From IMG/VR virus record IMGVR_UViG_3300027796_000194: 64,000 nucleotides of DNA; one strand, 5' to 3'. A model generated the notes under the pieces. It searched no databases. It was not told the DNA's origin and saw only the letters and a list, made by a program, of their open reading frames with translations. Position 1 is the stretch's first letter; every line of letters begins with the position of its first letter. The position numbers and the translations under genes were made by a program. Shown here in pieces: positions 48,407 to 57,767 of the stretch. Origin of the DNA: an uncultured virus (IMG/VR IMGVR_UViG_3300027796_000194). Lineage: Duplodnaviria; Heunggongvirae; Uroviricota; Caudoviricetes.

Positions 48407-51400
48407 TCACTTCGGCGGCGCGATTGCTTTTAGCTCAGGGCGCTGCCTTGGCAGTTTTGGCGGAACCAGCGGCCCGCGTATTCTTAGTCTTTCGCTTTGC
48501 GCGTCGAAAGCGCGTTCCATGTCCTCCATGTCCCTGATCGCACGGGCGTGGGCCCGATGGTGCGCGGCGGCGCGGGCCTCGTCCAAACGTCTAGCAAAGC
48601 CCTCGAAGCTTACCTGCGCTTCGTTGAGGCGCATGACCTGTCCGTTGAACTGCCTTATCTTGCCGATGGTACCCATCACGTTCTGCTGACCTTCACGGAT
48701 CTGCTTGCGCAAAAGCTGATGATAGGAGTCTTCATCCTCACGAAGACCCGTGACGTATCCCCGGACAAGGCCGTCGAACTTTTCGAGGTGTGGGTCTTTC
48801 ACCGACTCCAGCGCGGCATCCATCAGCATAACGTCTTTGCGATCACGCCGCTTTTTGGAAGGTGCCAGTTCGGCACGACGCGACACGGCGTCGCCAACCG
48901 TCTTGATGTCGTCCGGCAGATCATATCCGGTCAAGGGCGTGTCAAAATAGGCCTCCAGCTCCTTGCGCGTTTCCACGCCCTTTTCAGGGAGAACGGCAAG
49001 TTCTTGCGAGACTTCTGGGGCCAACACCTCGGCCTCGAACATCTCCGGCATCGGAGCCGTGCGACTTGTTAAAGCGCGTGGTGGTGGCGGGCCAAGTTTG
49101 GTGGGCGTGACCAAAGGGGGCTGGACAAGATAATCGCCTCTGTCGAAGTCAAAGAACTTCTCGCGGACTCTCCCATATTTGCGCAATTTGTTGGCGTAGC
49201 GCACCCAATCCCCCGAAGACCAGCCACTTACGGCACCGCTTCGGATTTCTCCAAATAACTCACGGCTGGTTGCTAGATTGGCGCGGTGCTCTTCCAACAG
49301 TTCCGTCAATACCTCATGACTGTTAGCCAGAGCGGACTCCATCTTCCCGTTTCCGGTAACGAGTTCATGCTGCCGCTCGACGGTTTCGTTTATATACTCC
49401 TTGGTGGCATCGTGAGCTTCCATGACGGGATCAAGTTGATCCCTGACCATCTTCATGGCCGCACCGCGCATGTCCGTGTAGTCCTTCCAGCAAACAAACT
49501 TCTCGCGTACCAGTTTGTATCGCTGCCATGAGGCGGCGGCTATGCCCGTCAACATCAACGCGCCAAACGTGATTCCGGCAGCCATAATTGAACCGCCGAC
49601 ATAGCAAGTCGTAGCGACTCCGGCTGCGGTCGCGGCCTTGACGTATGGACTGCGGAAGAAACTGTTAAAGAAGCCGGGCTTTTCATTGAACTTGTCCAGC
49701 CGATACCGCGCTCCGAGATACCTTTCGCAGGTCTCTTTAACGCCTTGCCCCCATTCGGAAAGCTTCGCGGGAGCCGTCCACGCGACAGGATTCTTAGGCA
49801 CCCAATTCAGCTTGCTTTCGTCCAAATTGAACCCCTCCAGATCAACGGGCGGCATCGGCTTCAGCCGTACAACCGTCTTCTTGGGCGGATCGGGGAAAGC
49901 AGGAGCTTCAGGTATAGGCGGGCCTTCCGCACGCTCCCTCAAAAACGGTATTTCATAGTATCGCGCCTGCTGGTCCAAAGTGCAATGGCTCTGCTTCCTG
50001 CCGCTGATAAAAAGGATCTGTTTTTCACCGGAAAAACAATCTTCTATCTGACGGGCATCCATTCCATCTATGACAATGGGCTGATAAGACAGGTTATAAT
50101 TCGTGCTCCAACTCTCGTTGTTGTTGCGCCCCTTTTGCGTGGTTTCGCTTTCAGCGGTGCCTCCCCCCTTGGAATCGGTCTTGCCGGACTGGGTTGACTC
50201 ACCTTGCGTGTCAGCCGTGCCGTGGGAGGTCGATGTCGAGCCACCCGATCCGGAACTTGATCCACCGGGACCGGACATGCTGCTCCAAAAGTTAGAAAGC
50301 GTTGTTACGATGGAGTTCGTTTTTTGGGCCGTCCTTCCGACAGAGTTTGAGACCGCGACTTGCCAAGTATTTTGGTCAACCGTTCCCTTGGCGACAGACT
50401 CTTGCTCCCCAACGCCGAGTTGGATTCCCTGTCCTTCGCTCACGGTCGGCACATAGACCATGTAGCGGCCAAGACGCTTGCTGATATATTCAATCGATTT
50501 GGGTTCGTGACTGCGAAGAAACTGGACGACTTCCGAAGACCCAAGAAAAGCGGCGGCTCGTTCTTCGCCGTAAACATCCCTCAGACTTGCGTAGTCCTGA
50601 AACAAGCTCCAAAAGATGATGCCTTTTTGGCGTACCGTTTGAGCGCCCGTCGCAATGGCCTGAAGATGCCCCAGTTGCGTTAACTCATCGATCATGAACA
50701 GGATGCGGTCTTCCTTCTTAAAGTCTTTTCCTCCATTGCCCGGATTAGGCGTGCCATCAATTGCGCTTTGCAAAATAAGACGAAGCCACGGCTGATAATT
50801 GATATACTCGTCAACGTTCGGCATGACGATGTAGATCGTCGTTTTTTTGCCACGCAGGTCCATCATGGAGAAGTCCGAGGAAACCATGTGCTGACCAAGA
50901 CAATCATCAGCCATCCATTTGTCTAACCATTGGGAAGTCGCCGTGACGACGGAGCGCACGTTCTGGTCTCCGGGTTGGGCCGTGCTAAGATAATTTCCGA
51001 ACTTATTCAGCAATCTTTGATGCGGGCCGCGCCACCCTGTTAGCTCTGCAATGTGTTTGTCCCACGCTTCCGACGGAAACTCGCTGAAGATTTTTGCCAT
51101 ATAAACAAAATTCTTGTGCTCATAGGGTATTGTGTCTGCCAGCTTCAGATAGACGATCATCGCCGCAATAAGACCGCTCGGATTTTCCCTAAAATAGGGA
51201 TTTTGCTCCTTATGTCCCTGCGAATCTGATATGAGAGCAGATGACATTGTTAGAATGCGGCTATAAAAATCAGGCTCCTTTGGATCTAGATCGTCCATAG
51301 GATTGTAGTTGCTTGATCCCAATCCGATGATGTTCTGGGGATCAAAAATATAAATATCCTGCCCAAGAGTCCATTTGCGATGATTGTAAGTCCTCTTGAA

Positions 51401-51739
51401 CGTAGCCCCGCCGATCTCAAGGGAAACAACGGAGCCTGCATAGGATAAAAGGTTAGACGTTGCCGAAGCGGCGGTCTTTCCCGATCCTGTATTGCCTATG
51501 ACGTTCCCGTGCGTTTCAACATCCTGATAAATAGGCACGCCATTATACGCGCCGACAATGAGACCATGGGGATCAGCAAGACAATCCGATCCATTGTCCA
51601 TGACGTTCTGGACGGAAATGAGTGCCTTGTTGTCGGCATGGTATTGAACGGGGGCTATATTGAAAGGCCGTTCAATTGCCCTGTCCAACTTCGTGAGGAC
51701 TTGGAGTTCCTCTTTTTTCTTTTCCAAAACTGGGAGCAT
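48407..51739 (-). CDS. VirD4/TraG-like coupling ATPase with Ser/Thr/Gly-rich insert and C-terminal TM/coiled-coil extension
   Basis: Walker A 'GNTGSGKT', 'YNPMDDL', Walker B 'FMIDELTQLG', 'FQDYASLRDVYG'. Confidence 0.85.
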   Translation of the reverse strand: MLPVLEKKKEELQVLTKLDRAIERPFNIAPVQYHADNKALISVQNVMDNGSDCLADPHGLIVGAYNGVPIYQDVETHGNVIGNTGSGKTAASATSNLLSYAGSVVSLEIGGATFKRTYNHRKWTLGQDIYIFDPQNIIGLGSSNYNPMDDLDPKEPDFYSRILTMSSALISDSQGHKEQNPYFRENPSGLIAAMIVYLKLADTIPYEHKNFVYMAKIFSEFPSEAWDKHIAELTGWRGPHQRLLNKFGNYLSTAQPGDQNVRSVVTATSQWLDKWMADDCLGQHMVSSDFSMMDLRGKKTTIYIVMPNVDEYINYQPWLRLILQSAIDGTPNPGNGGKDFKKEDRILFMIDELTQLGHLQAIATGAQTVRQKGIIFWSLFQDYASLRDVYGEERAAAFLGSSEVVQFLRSHEPKSIEYISKRLGRYMVYVPTVSEGQGIQLGVGEQESVAKGTVDQNTWQVAVSNSVGRTAQKTNSIVTTLSNFWSSMSGPGGSSSGSGGSTSTSHGTADTQGESTQSGKTDSKGGGTAESETTQKGRNNNESWSTNYNLSYQPIVIDGMDARQIEDCFSGEKQILFISGRKQSHCTLDQQARYYEIPFLRERAEGPPIPEAPAFPDPPKKTVVRLKPMPPVDLEGFNLDESKLNWVPKNPVAWTAPAKLSEWGQGVKETCERYLGARYRLDKFNEKPGFFNSFFRSPYVKAATAAGVATTCYVGGSIMAAGITFGALMLTGIAAASWQRYKLVREKFVCWKDYTDMRGAAMKMVRDQLDPVMEAHDATKEYINETVERQHELVTGNGKMESALANSHEVLTELLEEHRANLATSRELFGEIRSGAVSGWSSGDWVRYANKLRKYGRVREKFFDFDRGDYLVQPPLVTPTKLGPPPPRALTSRTAPMPEMFEAEVLAPEVSQELAVLPEKGVETRKELEAYFDTPLTGYDLPDDIKTVGDAVSRRAELAPSKKRRDRKDVMLMDAALESVKDPHLEKFDGLVRGYVTGLREDEDSYHQLLRKQIREGQQNVMGTIGKIRQFNGQVMRLNEAQVSFEGFARRLDEARAAAHHRAHARAIRDMEDMERAFDAQSERLRIRGPLVPPKLPRQRPELKAIAPPK

Positions 51740-51754
51740 CGCTTTTTCCTCCTT

Positions 51755-53173
51755 TTACGGTGCAGGCGTGTTGTTAGGCTTGTTGCCAGAGGCAGCGTCT
51801 TTTCGTCTTTGAGCCAAGCTCACAACCGTCCCCATTAGGCCTGATTGATTTTTGTCATCCTCCTCAAATCTTTCACGGCGAGGATGAACGGCGTCTTTCA
51901 CCATTTGTGCTCCCGTTTGTATGGCCGTCCCCATATTTTCTCCGGAGAAAAGAGTATCGATTTCGCACAAACGAGTTTTGACTTCCTGCGCGACGGGATT
52001 CTTTTTGCAGGCATTCGTCATGGCATCACGATAGCGGTGAACCATGTCGCCGACCGCGACTCTGGCGGCAGCTTCGCCACGCGAGGATTCCAGATCATGA
52101 ACGAACAGTTCTTTAACCCGACGCTGCGCCGTTTCTTTCCGCCCTTTTCGGAAAGTCGAAGCTGCGTGCGCAATGACCGTCGCAACAACCAACTGAGAGG
52201 CAATGAGCCAAGCCCCCAGATAACCCGCTCCAAGTATCTGCCCCCACCATGTGGCGGGGCTTTCCGCATCTGTCTTCTTCTTGTTTGATGTCAGACTCGC
52301 TGCTGTTGCTTTGGCTTCGCCAAGAAGTTTTTCATCTTCGGGAATGGTCACGTTTATCAATTGTCGACCCTGTTCGTCGTTGCCTGTGTAGCCGTCGCCC
52401 AAGATGGGTTTTCCACCGATGCCGCCGTGATCAAGCGTGTCCCTGTCTCTTGCGAGTTTCTCGGTGAAGTGAATGGCTTGCGCCTCTGCCTTGGCCAAGC
52501 TCTCGTCAGCCGTATAGGATTGTGAGCGCAAACTCTGCGGTAACATGTTTGCAAAATGACCTTTGAAGTTCGGATTGTCCGCCGCGAGCATTGAAGCGCC
52601 GATACTTGCAGTAACCAGCAATCCTCCGAGAAACACTCGAAATCCTTTATGCTCGGACAAGCCAATGCCCGCCGCGAAAACGAGAGAGCCTCCCGCAAGA
52701 GCCGTAAACCACGGGTTGTTTTGCATAAGGCCATTTGCGGCACCACCGAAGATCGCGACGTCAATAGCGCCGCCAGCGATCAGGGCCACGACAGGAACCG
52801 TGCAGGTCAACAGACGGCTTCCCATCATATGCGCGCCGAGCTGCCACCAGCGTGCGCCGACTTCCGCCTTCGCCGCCCGGTATTGCGCCAAAACGGCTGA
52901 ACCAGCCATATGTCCCAAACCTTCTGGAGATAATTTTCCTCCCTCGCGTTCGATGCGATATGCTTGGTCAATGGTCTCGGCAGGCTTGGATGGGCCATCG
53001 AAATCCGGCTTTTCGACTGTATTGAGCGTGCGTTCAGCAAAAGTGTGCTCCGCCTCCGGCGGCATCACCCCCGTTTCGTTTTCAGAGGCGGCTTTGCTTT
53101 CCGCTTTTTCCTGCTTTTTCCCCTGATCTTGTTCTTTATCTTTTTCCTGAACTATTGCTTCGCCTTCGCTCAT
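51755..53173 (-). CDS. Multi-pass membrane protein with coiled coil
   Basis: About four hydrophobic segments. First gene of the operon. Confidence 0.75.
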   Translation of the reverse strand: MSEGEAIVQEKDKEQDQGKKQEKAESKAASENETGVMPPEAEHTFAERTLNTVEKPDFDGPSKPAETIDQAYRIEREGGKLSPEGLGHMAGSAVLAQYRAAKAEVGARWWQLGAHMMGSRLLTCTVPVVALIAGGAIDVAIFGGAANGLMQNNPWFTALAGGSLVFAAGIGLSEHKGFRVFLGGLLVTASIGASMLAADNPNFKGHFANMLPQSLRSQSYTADESLAKAEAQAIHFTEKLARDRDTLDHGGIGGKPILGDGYTGNDEQGRQLINVTIPEDEKLLGEAKATAASLTSNKKKTDAESPATWWGQILGAGYLGAWLIASQLVVATVIAHAASTFRKGRKETAQRRVKELFVHDLESSRGEAAARVAVGDMVHRYRDAMTNACKKNPVAQEVKTRLCEIDTLFSGENMGTAIQTGAQMVKDAVHPRRERFEEDDKNQSGLMGTVVSLAQRRKDAASGNKPNNTPAP

Positions 53174-53244
53174 TTTTAGCTCCTATTTGAATGTGTTTTG
53201 TCAGTATCTCTCGTTACGGAAATGCCTGTTTTTGCAGGACTTTT

Positions 53245-53493
53245 TTAGGCACCACTTTCTCGTCCGGAAGTTGCATAACTACCATAAAAGGGCAACCCAA
53301 ACAACACAGAGATATGGTTAACACATTGATATAATGTGCATTTCTCTATTTTTGGGTAGGCCGTCTTTATCGAAAAACGCCATCCATTATACTCAAAACC
53401 GTTCTTTTCCATGAAGTTGCTCCTTTTCAATACTTCCCATATCGTTTTTTGCGCCTTCCTAAATTGGGAAGTCAGTTTTTCGCGTCCCGTCAA
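53245..53493 (-). CDS. Hypothetical protein
   Basis: ATGA overlap with the upstream NUDIX gene. Confidence 0.4.
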   Translation of the reverse strand: MTGREKLTSQFRKAQKTIWEVLKRSNFMEKNGFEYNGWRFSIKTAYPKIEKCTLYQCVNHISVLFGLPFYGSYATSGRESGA

Positions 53494-53984
53494 AAGAGAG
53501 AGCGAAGATTGTACTTTTCGCGCCCGAATTGGGCCGTTTCGGCCTGTTCATCCTTGATTTCCTCCGAAACCAGAACGCGATGAGCGGCCTCGACCAGCGA
53601 ACGGACAAGATCGCCTTGGCCGCTGGGCGTATTGAGAAACGTTTCCTTATTCATGAAGCGGCGGTCGTCGCCGGATGCCTGACCCTCGCCGCACAAACGT
53701 CCGACAAAGACGATGGTTTGAGCGTTTTGGTTCTTGCGGCTCTTGGTCTTGATAACCGTCACGGGCTTCACGAGGCCGAGGGCCACGTTTGCCGCTTCAA
53801 ACACTTCACGCCGCGATGCGGCTTCGGCATCGTCGTCGTCCCACTCCACGCAGCCACCGGGCAAGACGAAACGGTTCTTGCTTTTAATCAGCAACACGCG
53901 GTTCAAAGCGTCAAAGACGACGATTTTAACGTATCTGGGGTCGCTCTCGGCTTGCGCTTCAACCTGCATCTTGGCTTCAGGCAT
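53490..53984 (-). CDS. NUDIX-like hydrolase
   Basis: 'LPGGCVEWDDDDAEAASRREVFEAANV' (variant Nudix box). Confidence 0.75.
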   Translation of the reverse strand: MPEAKMQVEAQAESDPRYVKIVVFDALNRVLLIKSKNRFVLPGGCVEWDDDDAEAASRREVFEAANVALGLVKPVTVIKTKSRKNQNAQTIVFVGRLCGEGQASGDDRRFMNKETFLNTPSGQGDLVRSLVEAAHRVLVSEEIKDEQAETAQFGREKYNLRSLF

Positions 53985-54249
53985 AACGCACCTCCCGTTC
54001 ATAAGAGGAACAGATGCCATTCGCGCGACACTTAAGCTCGATGGCGGCCAGCGCGTTGGCAAAGTGCCAAAGGACGGTTATGTCCTGACGCGCAAAGCCC
54101 ATCGTATGAAGATCCTGCTGTGTGCAATCGCCAGTTTCCAATGTCGCTCTGACGATGGCGTCAGCCATGCGCGCGACTGGCTCGAACCTCTTGTCTGTCG
54201 TGGTTGTAATTTGATCCACGATGCGACGTGGGGGGCTGGCTTTAGTCAT
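53977..54249 (-). CDS. Small hypothetical protein (three-copy family)
   Basis: 'RMADAIV...GDCTQQDL...GF...DI...W..A'. Confidence 0.65.
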   Translation of the reverse strand: MTKASPPRRIVDQITTTTDKRFEPVARMADAIVRATLETGDCTQQDLHTMGFARQDITVLWHFANALAAIELKCRANGICSSYEREVRYA

Positions 54250-54598
54250 GACCTTCCTCCCCGATTTCTGGGACAAAGGCCGTTACGCGAACTGCTCCAG
54301 CGTAAGAAAGGGCCTGCAATTTGCCAACCGCGTCCTTTCCATCAGGAACGGTGACAAGCGTTTCATAGTGGACGAACTGAATGCCATGGCGCAGAAGGAT
54401 TTCGACAATTGCCGCAATTGTTTCCTTCTTCGGTACATAAATCCCGTGCTCAATGTTCTTGATCGTCTCCGCAGACGTTCCCGCCTTTTGAGCAAGCTCA
54501 TTGCGCGACCAGTCCAATAATCCTCTGGCCGCCCGCAACTGTTCAGGAACGATTGAGTAGTCCTTAAATTGCGGCTGCAATGGTTCGTACTTGGTCAT
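54242..54598 (-). CDS. XRE-family HTH regulator
   Basis: 'EQLRAARGLLDWSRNELAQKAG...TIKNIE'. Confidence 0.85.
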   Translation of the reverse strand: MTKYEPLQPQFKDYSIVPEQLRAARGLLDWSRNELAQKAGTSAETIKNIEHGIYVPKKETIAAIVEILLRHGIQFVHYETLVTVPDGKDAVGKLQALSYAGAVRVTAFVPEIGEEGHD

Positions 54599-55008
54599 TG
54601 CTGCCTCCCAGTCGCCCGATCCGCCAATAGCTTCGTGATAAGCCTTAAAAACCTGCGCTCATCCTTGTCGGCTATATTGACGTAGGCGCGCAAAAGCTCT
54701 TGATTCTCGCGCCCGTTAAAAAGTGTCAGATCCATTTTGAATGTCTGTTTCCCGACACCTTTCTCTTCGGTGAGTTTCTCGATAAAGCGCGAGGCCGATA
54801 CGCCCAAACATTCCGCCATGTGCATCAGTCGGCTGACGCTAACGCGGTTGTCACCACGCTCGTACTTTTGGATTTGTTGGAAGGTGAGCCCATTCATCGT
54901 TCCAAGTTTCTCTTGACTTATTCCGCAGGCAGTACGAGCTAACCGCAGAAGTTCGCCGAGCCGCAGATCAATTGGGTCGATGGATTTCTTTTCGAGAGAG
55001 GGTGTCAT
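54595..55008 (-). CDS. XRE-family HTH regulator
   Basis: 'SQEKLG...LTFQQIQKYERGDNRVSVSRL'. Confidence 0.88.
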   Translation of the reverse strand: MTPSLEKKSIDPIDLRLGELLRLARTACGISQEKLGTMNGLTFQQIQKYERGDNRVSVSRLMHMAECLGVSASRFIEKLTEEKGVGKQTFKMDLTLFNGRENQELLRAYVNIADKDERRFLRLITKLLADRATGRQQ

Positions 55009-55517
55009 TGCCGGCCTCTCTTTGAAAAAGAAAGCGCGGCACCTATGCTTTCAAGGCAGTCCTGTTGAAACTCTGGGATGCTTTCCATGGCCGCTTTGAC
55101 CGTGTTTTGAACCGTCCCGATTTCGGTGCGATAGTGAACAAGAAACTCTTCAGGCTCTAAAAAGAGCCGCGCAAATCTAGTGCGCATGGGGTCTTGACGC
55201 GCTATCCGAGCGGCGACGACTAACGTGCGGTGTTTGCGCCCCGTCGCATCTATCACGTCGATGGTGTTAAGAAGAATGAGGGTTCCCAACGTAACACAGG
55301 CAACTTCCCACGCCACGCGGTGCGCCGTGTCCAAGGCATCGCGATCATCCAAATCGAAAAAATCGGATGGAAGGCTGATGCCGTCTGCCGTTACCAAGGT
55401 CAAGATGCGGCCCTTTTCGTCAAAGGCGATGACCTTCGTGCAATCAACGTCCTTTGTGTTGATGGCTTCCCTAAAATCGACAGGGACGCTTGTTATGCCG
55501 AAAGAAGTGTTTTCCAT
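55005..55517 (-). CDS. Degenerate NUDIX-like protein (paralogue of 53490-53984)
   Basis: 'KVIAFDEKGRIL...SLPSDFFDLDDRDALDTAHRVAWEVA'. The Nudix box is eroded. Confidence 0.6.
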   Translation of the reverse strand: MENTSFGITSVPVDFREAINTKDVDCTKVIAFDEKGRILTLVTADGISLPSDFFDLDDRDALDTAHRVAWEVACVTLGTLILLNTIDVIDATGRKHRTLVVAARIARQDPMRTRFARLFLEPEEFLVHYRTEIGTVQNTVKAAMESIPEFQQDCLESIGAALSFSKRGRQ

Positions 55518-55729
55518 TTGAAATTTTCCTGTAAATCAAATTGCGTGAAAAAGTTGGCCGCGTCCCAAAAGCGATCAATCTCTTCCGGCGAAAAAGCGTG
55601 AGACAAAAGATCTCCCTGCTCACAAGTCCCCTTCGTTTTGCGGATCGAAAGGACGGCCTCGACCATCTTCTGGCAGGAAGAAAAGTTTGAAGTTGCATCT
55701 TCTGAAAGAACGTCAATAATCATCATCAC
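55493..55729 (-). CDS. Small hypothetical protein (three-copy family)
   Basis: 'CQKMVEAV...KGTCEQGDL...FSPEEI..FW.AA'. Confidence 0.65.
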   Translation of the reverse strand: MMMIIDVLSEDATSNFSSCQKMVEAVLSIRKTKGTCEQGDLLSHAFSPEEIDRFWDAANFFTQFDLQENFKWKTLLSA

Positions 55730-55941
55730 TCTCTCTTTTCGCTTTCTCTCCGGCGTCGGTTATCGACCTCGCATAAGTCCATAAACGCCAGTTCTCCTGT
55801 CACAAACAACGTGTTTTTCCGTCGGTTTTCGGCGGTGTTTCTGTAGGTTTTCGTTAGTTTGAAGGAGGAAACGCAAACCCATCGAAAAGCGACGGTCTAG
55901 CCGTTGGTTTTGTGCGCGGAGCCTGAAGCGTGAAGGCATAA

Positions 55942-55967
55942 AAAATGCGGCCCGAAGGCCGCATTTT
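55942..55967 (-). terminator. Rho-independent terminator
   Basis: AAAATGCGGCC-TTCG-GGCCGCATTTT(T) on the minus strand, after the 55987 stop. Confidence 0.8.
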
Positions 55968-55986
55968 AGGGGGAAGAAAATTGGAA

Positions 55987-56715
55987 TTAAACGGAGGCGT
56001 GGCCCAATGCTTTCATCAAATCTTCTGCGGCAGGTTGTCCGTCATGAGCTGCCTGTTTTAGTTTCTGGATAAAGTCCTTCAGCTTCTTCCCGCTCCAAAT
56101 GTCCTGGAACTCTTCGCGAAGCTGTTGGGTGTTGCTGGGCATGTTGAAAATGACGAATTGGTAATCGCGCCCGTCTCGCGGGAGAATCAGCGCGTGTTTT
56201 CCTCCATACACATAGTATTGCGCCTTTCCCATGATGGCCGCAAAATCATATCGGATGTTCACAAGCGGGTCTGCTTTTTTCGGCAACCCGCCTTCATGCA
56301 CGAGGCATTTAATGTTGACGTAGTTGCGTAGCGTTTTCACGCGAGCGCGGCCTTCTTCTTCGCTAAGGCCGAGCGTTTCAGCGATGATGTGGTAAGAGGG
56401 AGCAAAGGCCAGAATCTCATCAACGCCCGCATGGGCGGCTTGCAAAAGCTCATCATAAAGCCTCTGGCAACTATCTGCTCCTTCCAGCAATCTAAACTGG
56501 TCAGTGCGGCGGCGAACGCCTTCATTCGCTATGAATTCAAGCCCAGCGTTTTCAAAAGTTCCGCAAAGGCTGATCGTCGTGTTTCTGCGGGAGGCATAAC
56601 CGCTTTCGATCTGGCGAATGGTCGTAATGCCGATTCCCGAACGGTCTGCAAGCTCTTCCTGAGACCAATTCAATATCGCCCTTGCGGCTCTAACCTGTGT
56701 TGCTTGAAGTTGCAT
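55987..56715 (-). CDS. XRE HTH fused to a C-terminal sensor-like domain
   Basis: 'QVRAARAILNWSQEELA'. C-terminal domain is paralogous to 57768-58415. Confidence 0.8.
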   Translation of the reverse strand: MQLQATQVRAARAILNWSQEELADRSGIGITTIRQIESGYASRRNTTISLCGTFENAGLEFIANEGVRRRTDQFRLLEGADSCQRLYDELLQAAHAGVDEILAFAPSYHIIAETLGLSEEEGRARVKTLRNYVNIKCLVHEGGLPKKADPLVNIRYDFAAIMGKAQYYVYGGKHALILPRDGRDYQFVIFNMPSNTQQLREEFQDIWSGKKLKDFIQKLKQAAHDGQPAAEDLMKALGHASV

Positions 56716-56748
56716 TGCTTTCCCCAAAAATAACTTTTTTCTCTATCT

Positions 56749-57132
56749 TCAGTTCATTATTCTTCTTGGGTCAAAATCGACCAGATAGTTAATCACTTCC
56801 ATGTACCTTTGCTTGGGGAGCATTCTAATTTCCTCAAGTCCGAATTGTTGTTCTACGATAGCGCAGGCTACCGCTTCGCTAAGTTTGTGCTCGTGCGCGA
56901 CGTAGGCGACTAATGCACGAATTGACATAGCTTCGTTCTTGTTCACGTAATCATCGCCAACAAGGGCATCGAATTCTTCCATAAGCGCGTCTAAATGCTT
57001 TTGATAGACATTTGCCGAGCCATCCCTCTGGCAGCTAGTGTGTTCAGCAAAATATTCCTCGGCGGGCTTGGCATTCTCGATAAGGTCGCGGATATTGTCT
57101 AATTTCTCTTTCATGGGAGAAGAATCCATCAT
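56749..57132 (-). CDS. Protein with antirepressor ORF6C-like C-terminal domain
   Basis: 'QFGLEEIRMLPKQRYMEVINYLV'. Confidence 0.6.
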   Translation of the reverse strand: MMDSSPMKEKLDNIRDLIENAKPAEEYFAEHTSCQRDGSANVYQKHLDALMEEFDALVGDDYVNKNEAMSIRALVAYVAHEHKLSEAVACAIVEQQFGLEEIRMLPKQRYMEVINYLVDFDPRRIMN

Positions 57133-57143
57133 TGTGTTATCCT

Positions 57144-57515
57144 TTACGCCTGTGCAGTAGGCTCAATTGTTACGAGATACTCAACGGCGCGGACAAAATC
57201 ACATCGGCGCAGGTCTTCCATTTCCTCAACTTTCATTGTCGCTAAGAAATTGCATGCAGTAACCCAAAGCTCCTGACCCAAACGTTTAGCGCGGTATTTA
57301 ACCATATCCATAATGGCAGTCATTTCATCGGCGCAAAGAGGGGCACTCAGGCGGTGCATGATGATGTCGTCTACAGTTGTCTCAGAAACAGTTTCTGTGG
57401 TTGTTTGCGGAAAGCTGCAAGGAAAAGACAAAATGATGGCCTTCTGGCCGGAGCAAGCATGATAGCTAGAGTTCTGCTCGCTCTGATTCTTATAAGCTGT
57501 ATTAAAATCAATCAT
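57144..57515 (-). CDS. Paralogue of 56749-57132 (ORF6C-like)
   Basis: 'MKVEEMEDLRRCDFVRAVEYLV'. Confidence 0.6.
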   Translation of the reverse strand: MIDFNTAYKNQSEQNSSYHACSGQKAIILSFPCSFPQTTTETVSETTVDDIIMHRLSAPLCADEMTAIMDMVKYRAKRLGQELWVTACNFLATMKVEEMEDLRRCDFVRAVEYLVTIEPTAQA

Positions 57516-57565
57516 TTAGTTATCTCCCCGAACAATGGATTGGTTCAAATATGTCCTGAATTGTA

Positions 57566-57599
57566 TAAACCGCAACTCGCTTCTCATTAAACCGCAACT
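57566..57599. promoter_or_regulatory. 12-bp direct repeat operator candidate
   Basis: TAAACCGCAACT at 57566 and 57588 (22-bp period) in a divergent promoter region. Confidence 0.55.
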
Positions 57600-57767
57600 A
57601 TCTTACGATTTGTTATATCATTGACACAAAGCGAAAGTCAATGTAGTTTTTGCCGCAAATTACTTTCGTTTCTGTTGACTTTGGGGCTGAAATCGGGTAA
57701 AAAGGGTCGTGCCTACCCATTTTCGGTACATAACTACCTAAAAATGGCAATCAAAGGGGAGGTCGTA

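Noticed and set aside
48407..53173. Conjugative element (ICE) call from the VirD4-like gene
   Set aside because: No relaxase, VirB4 or other mating-pair genes are in the window.
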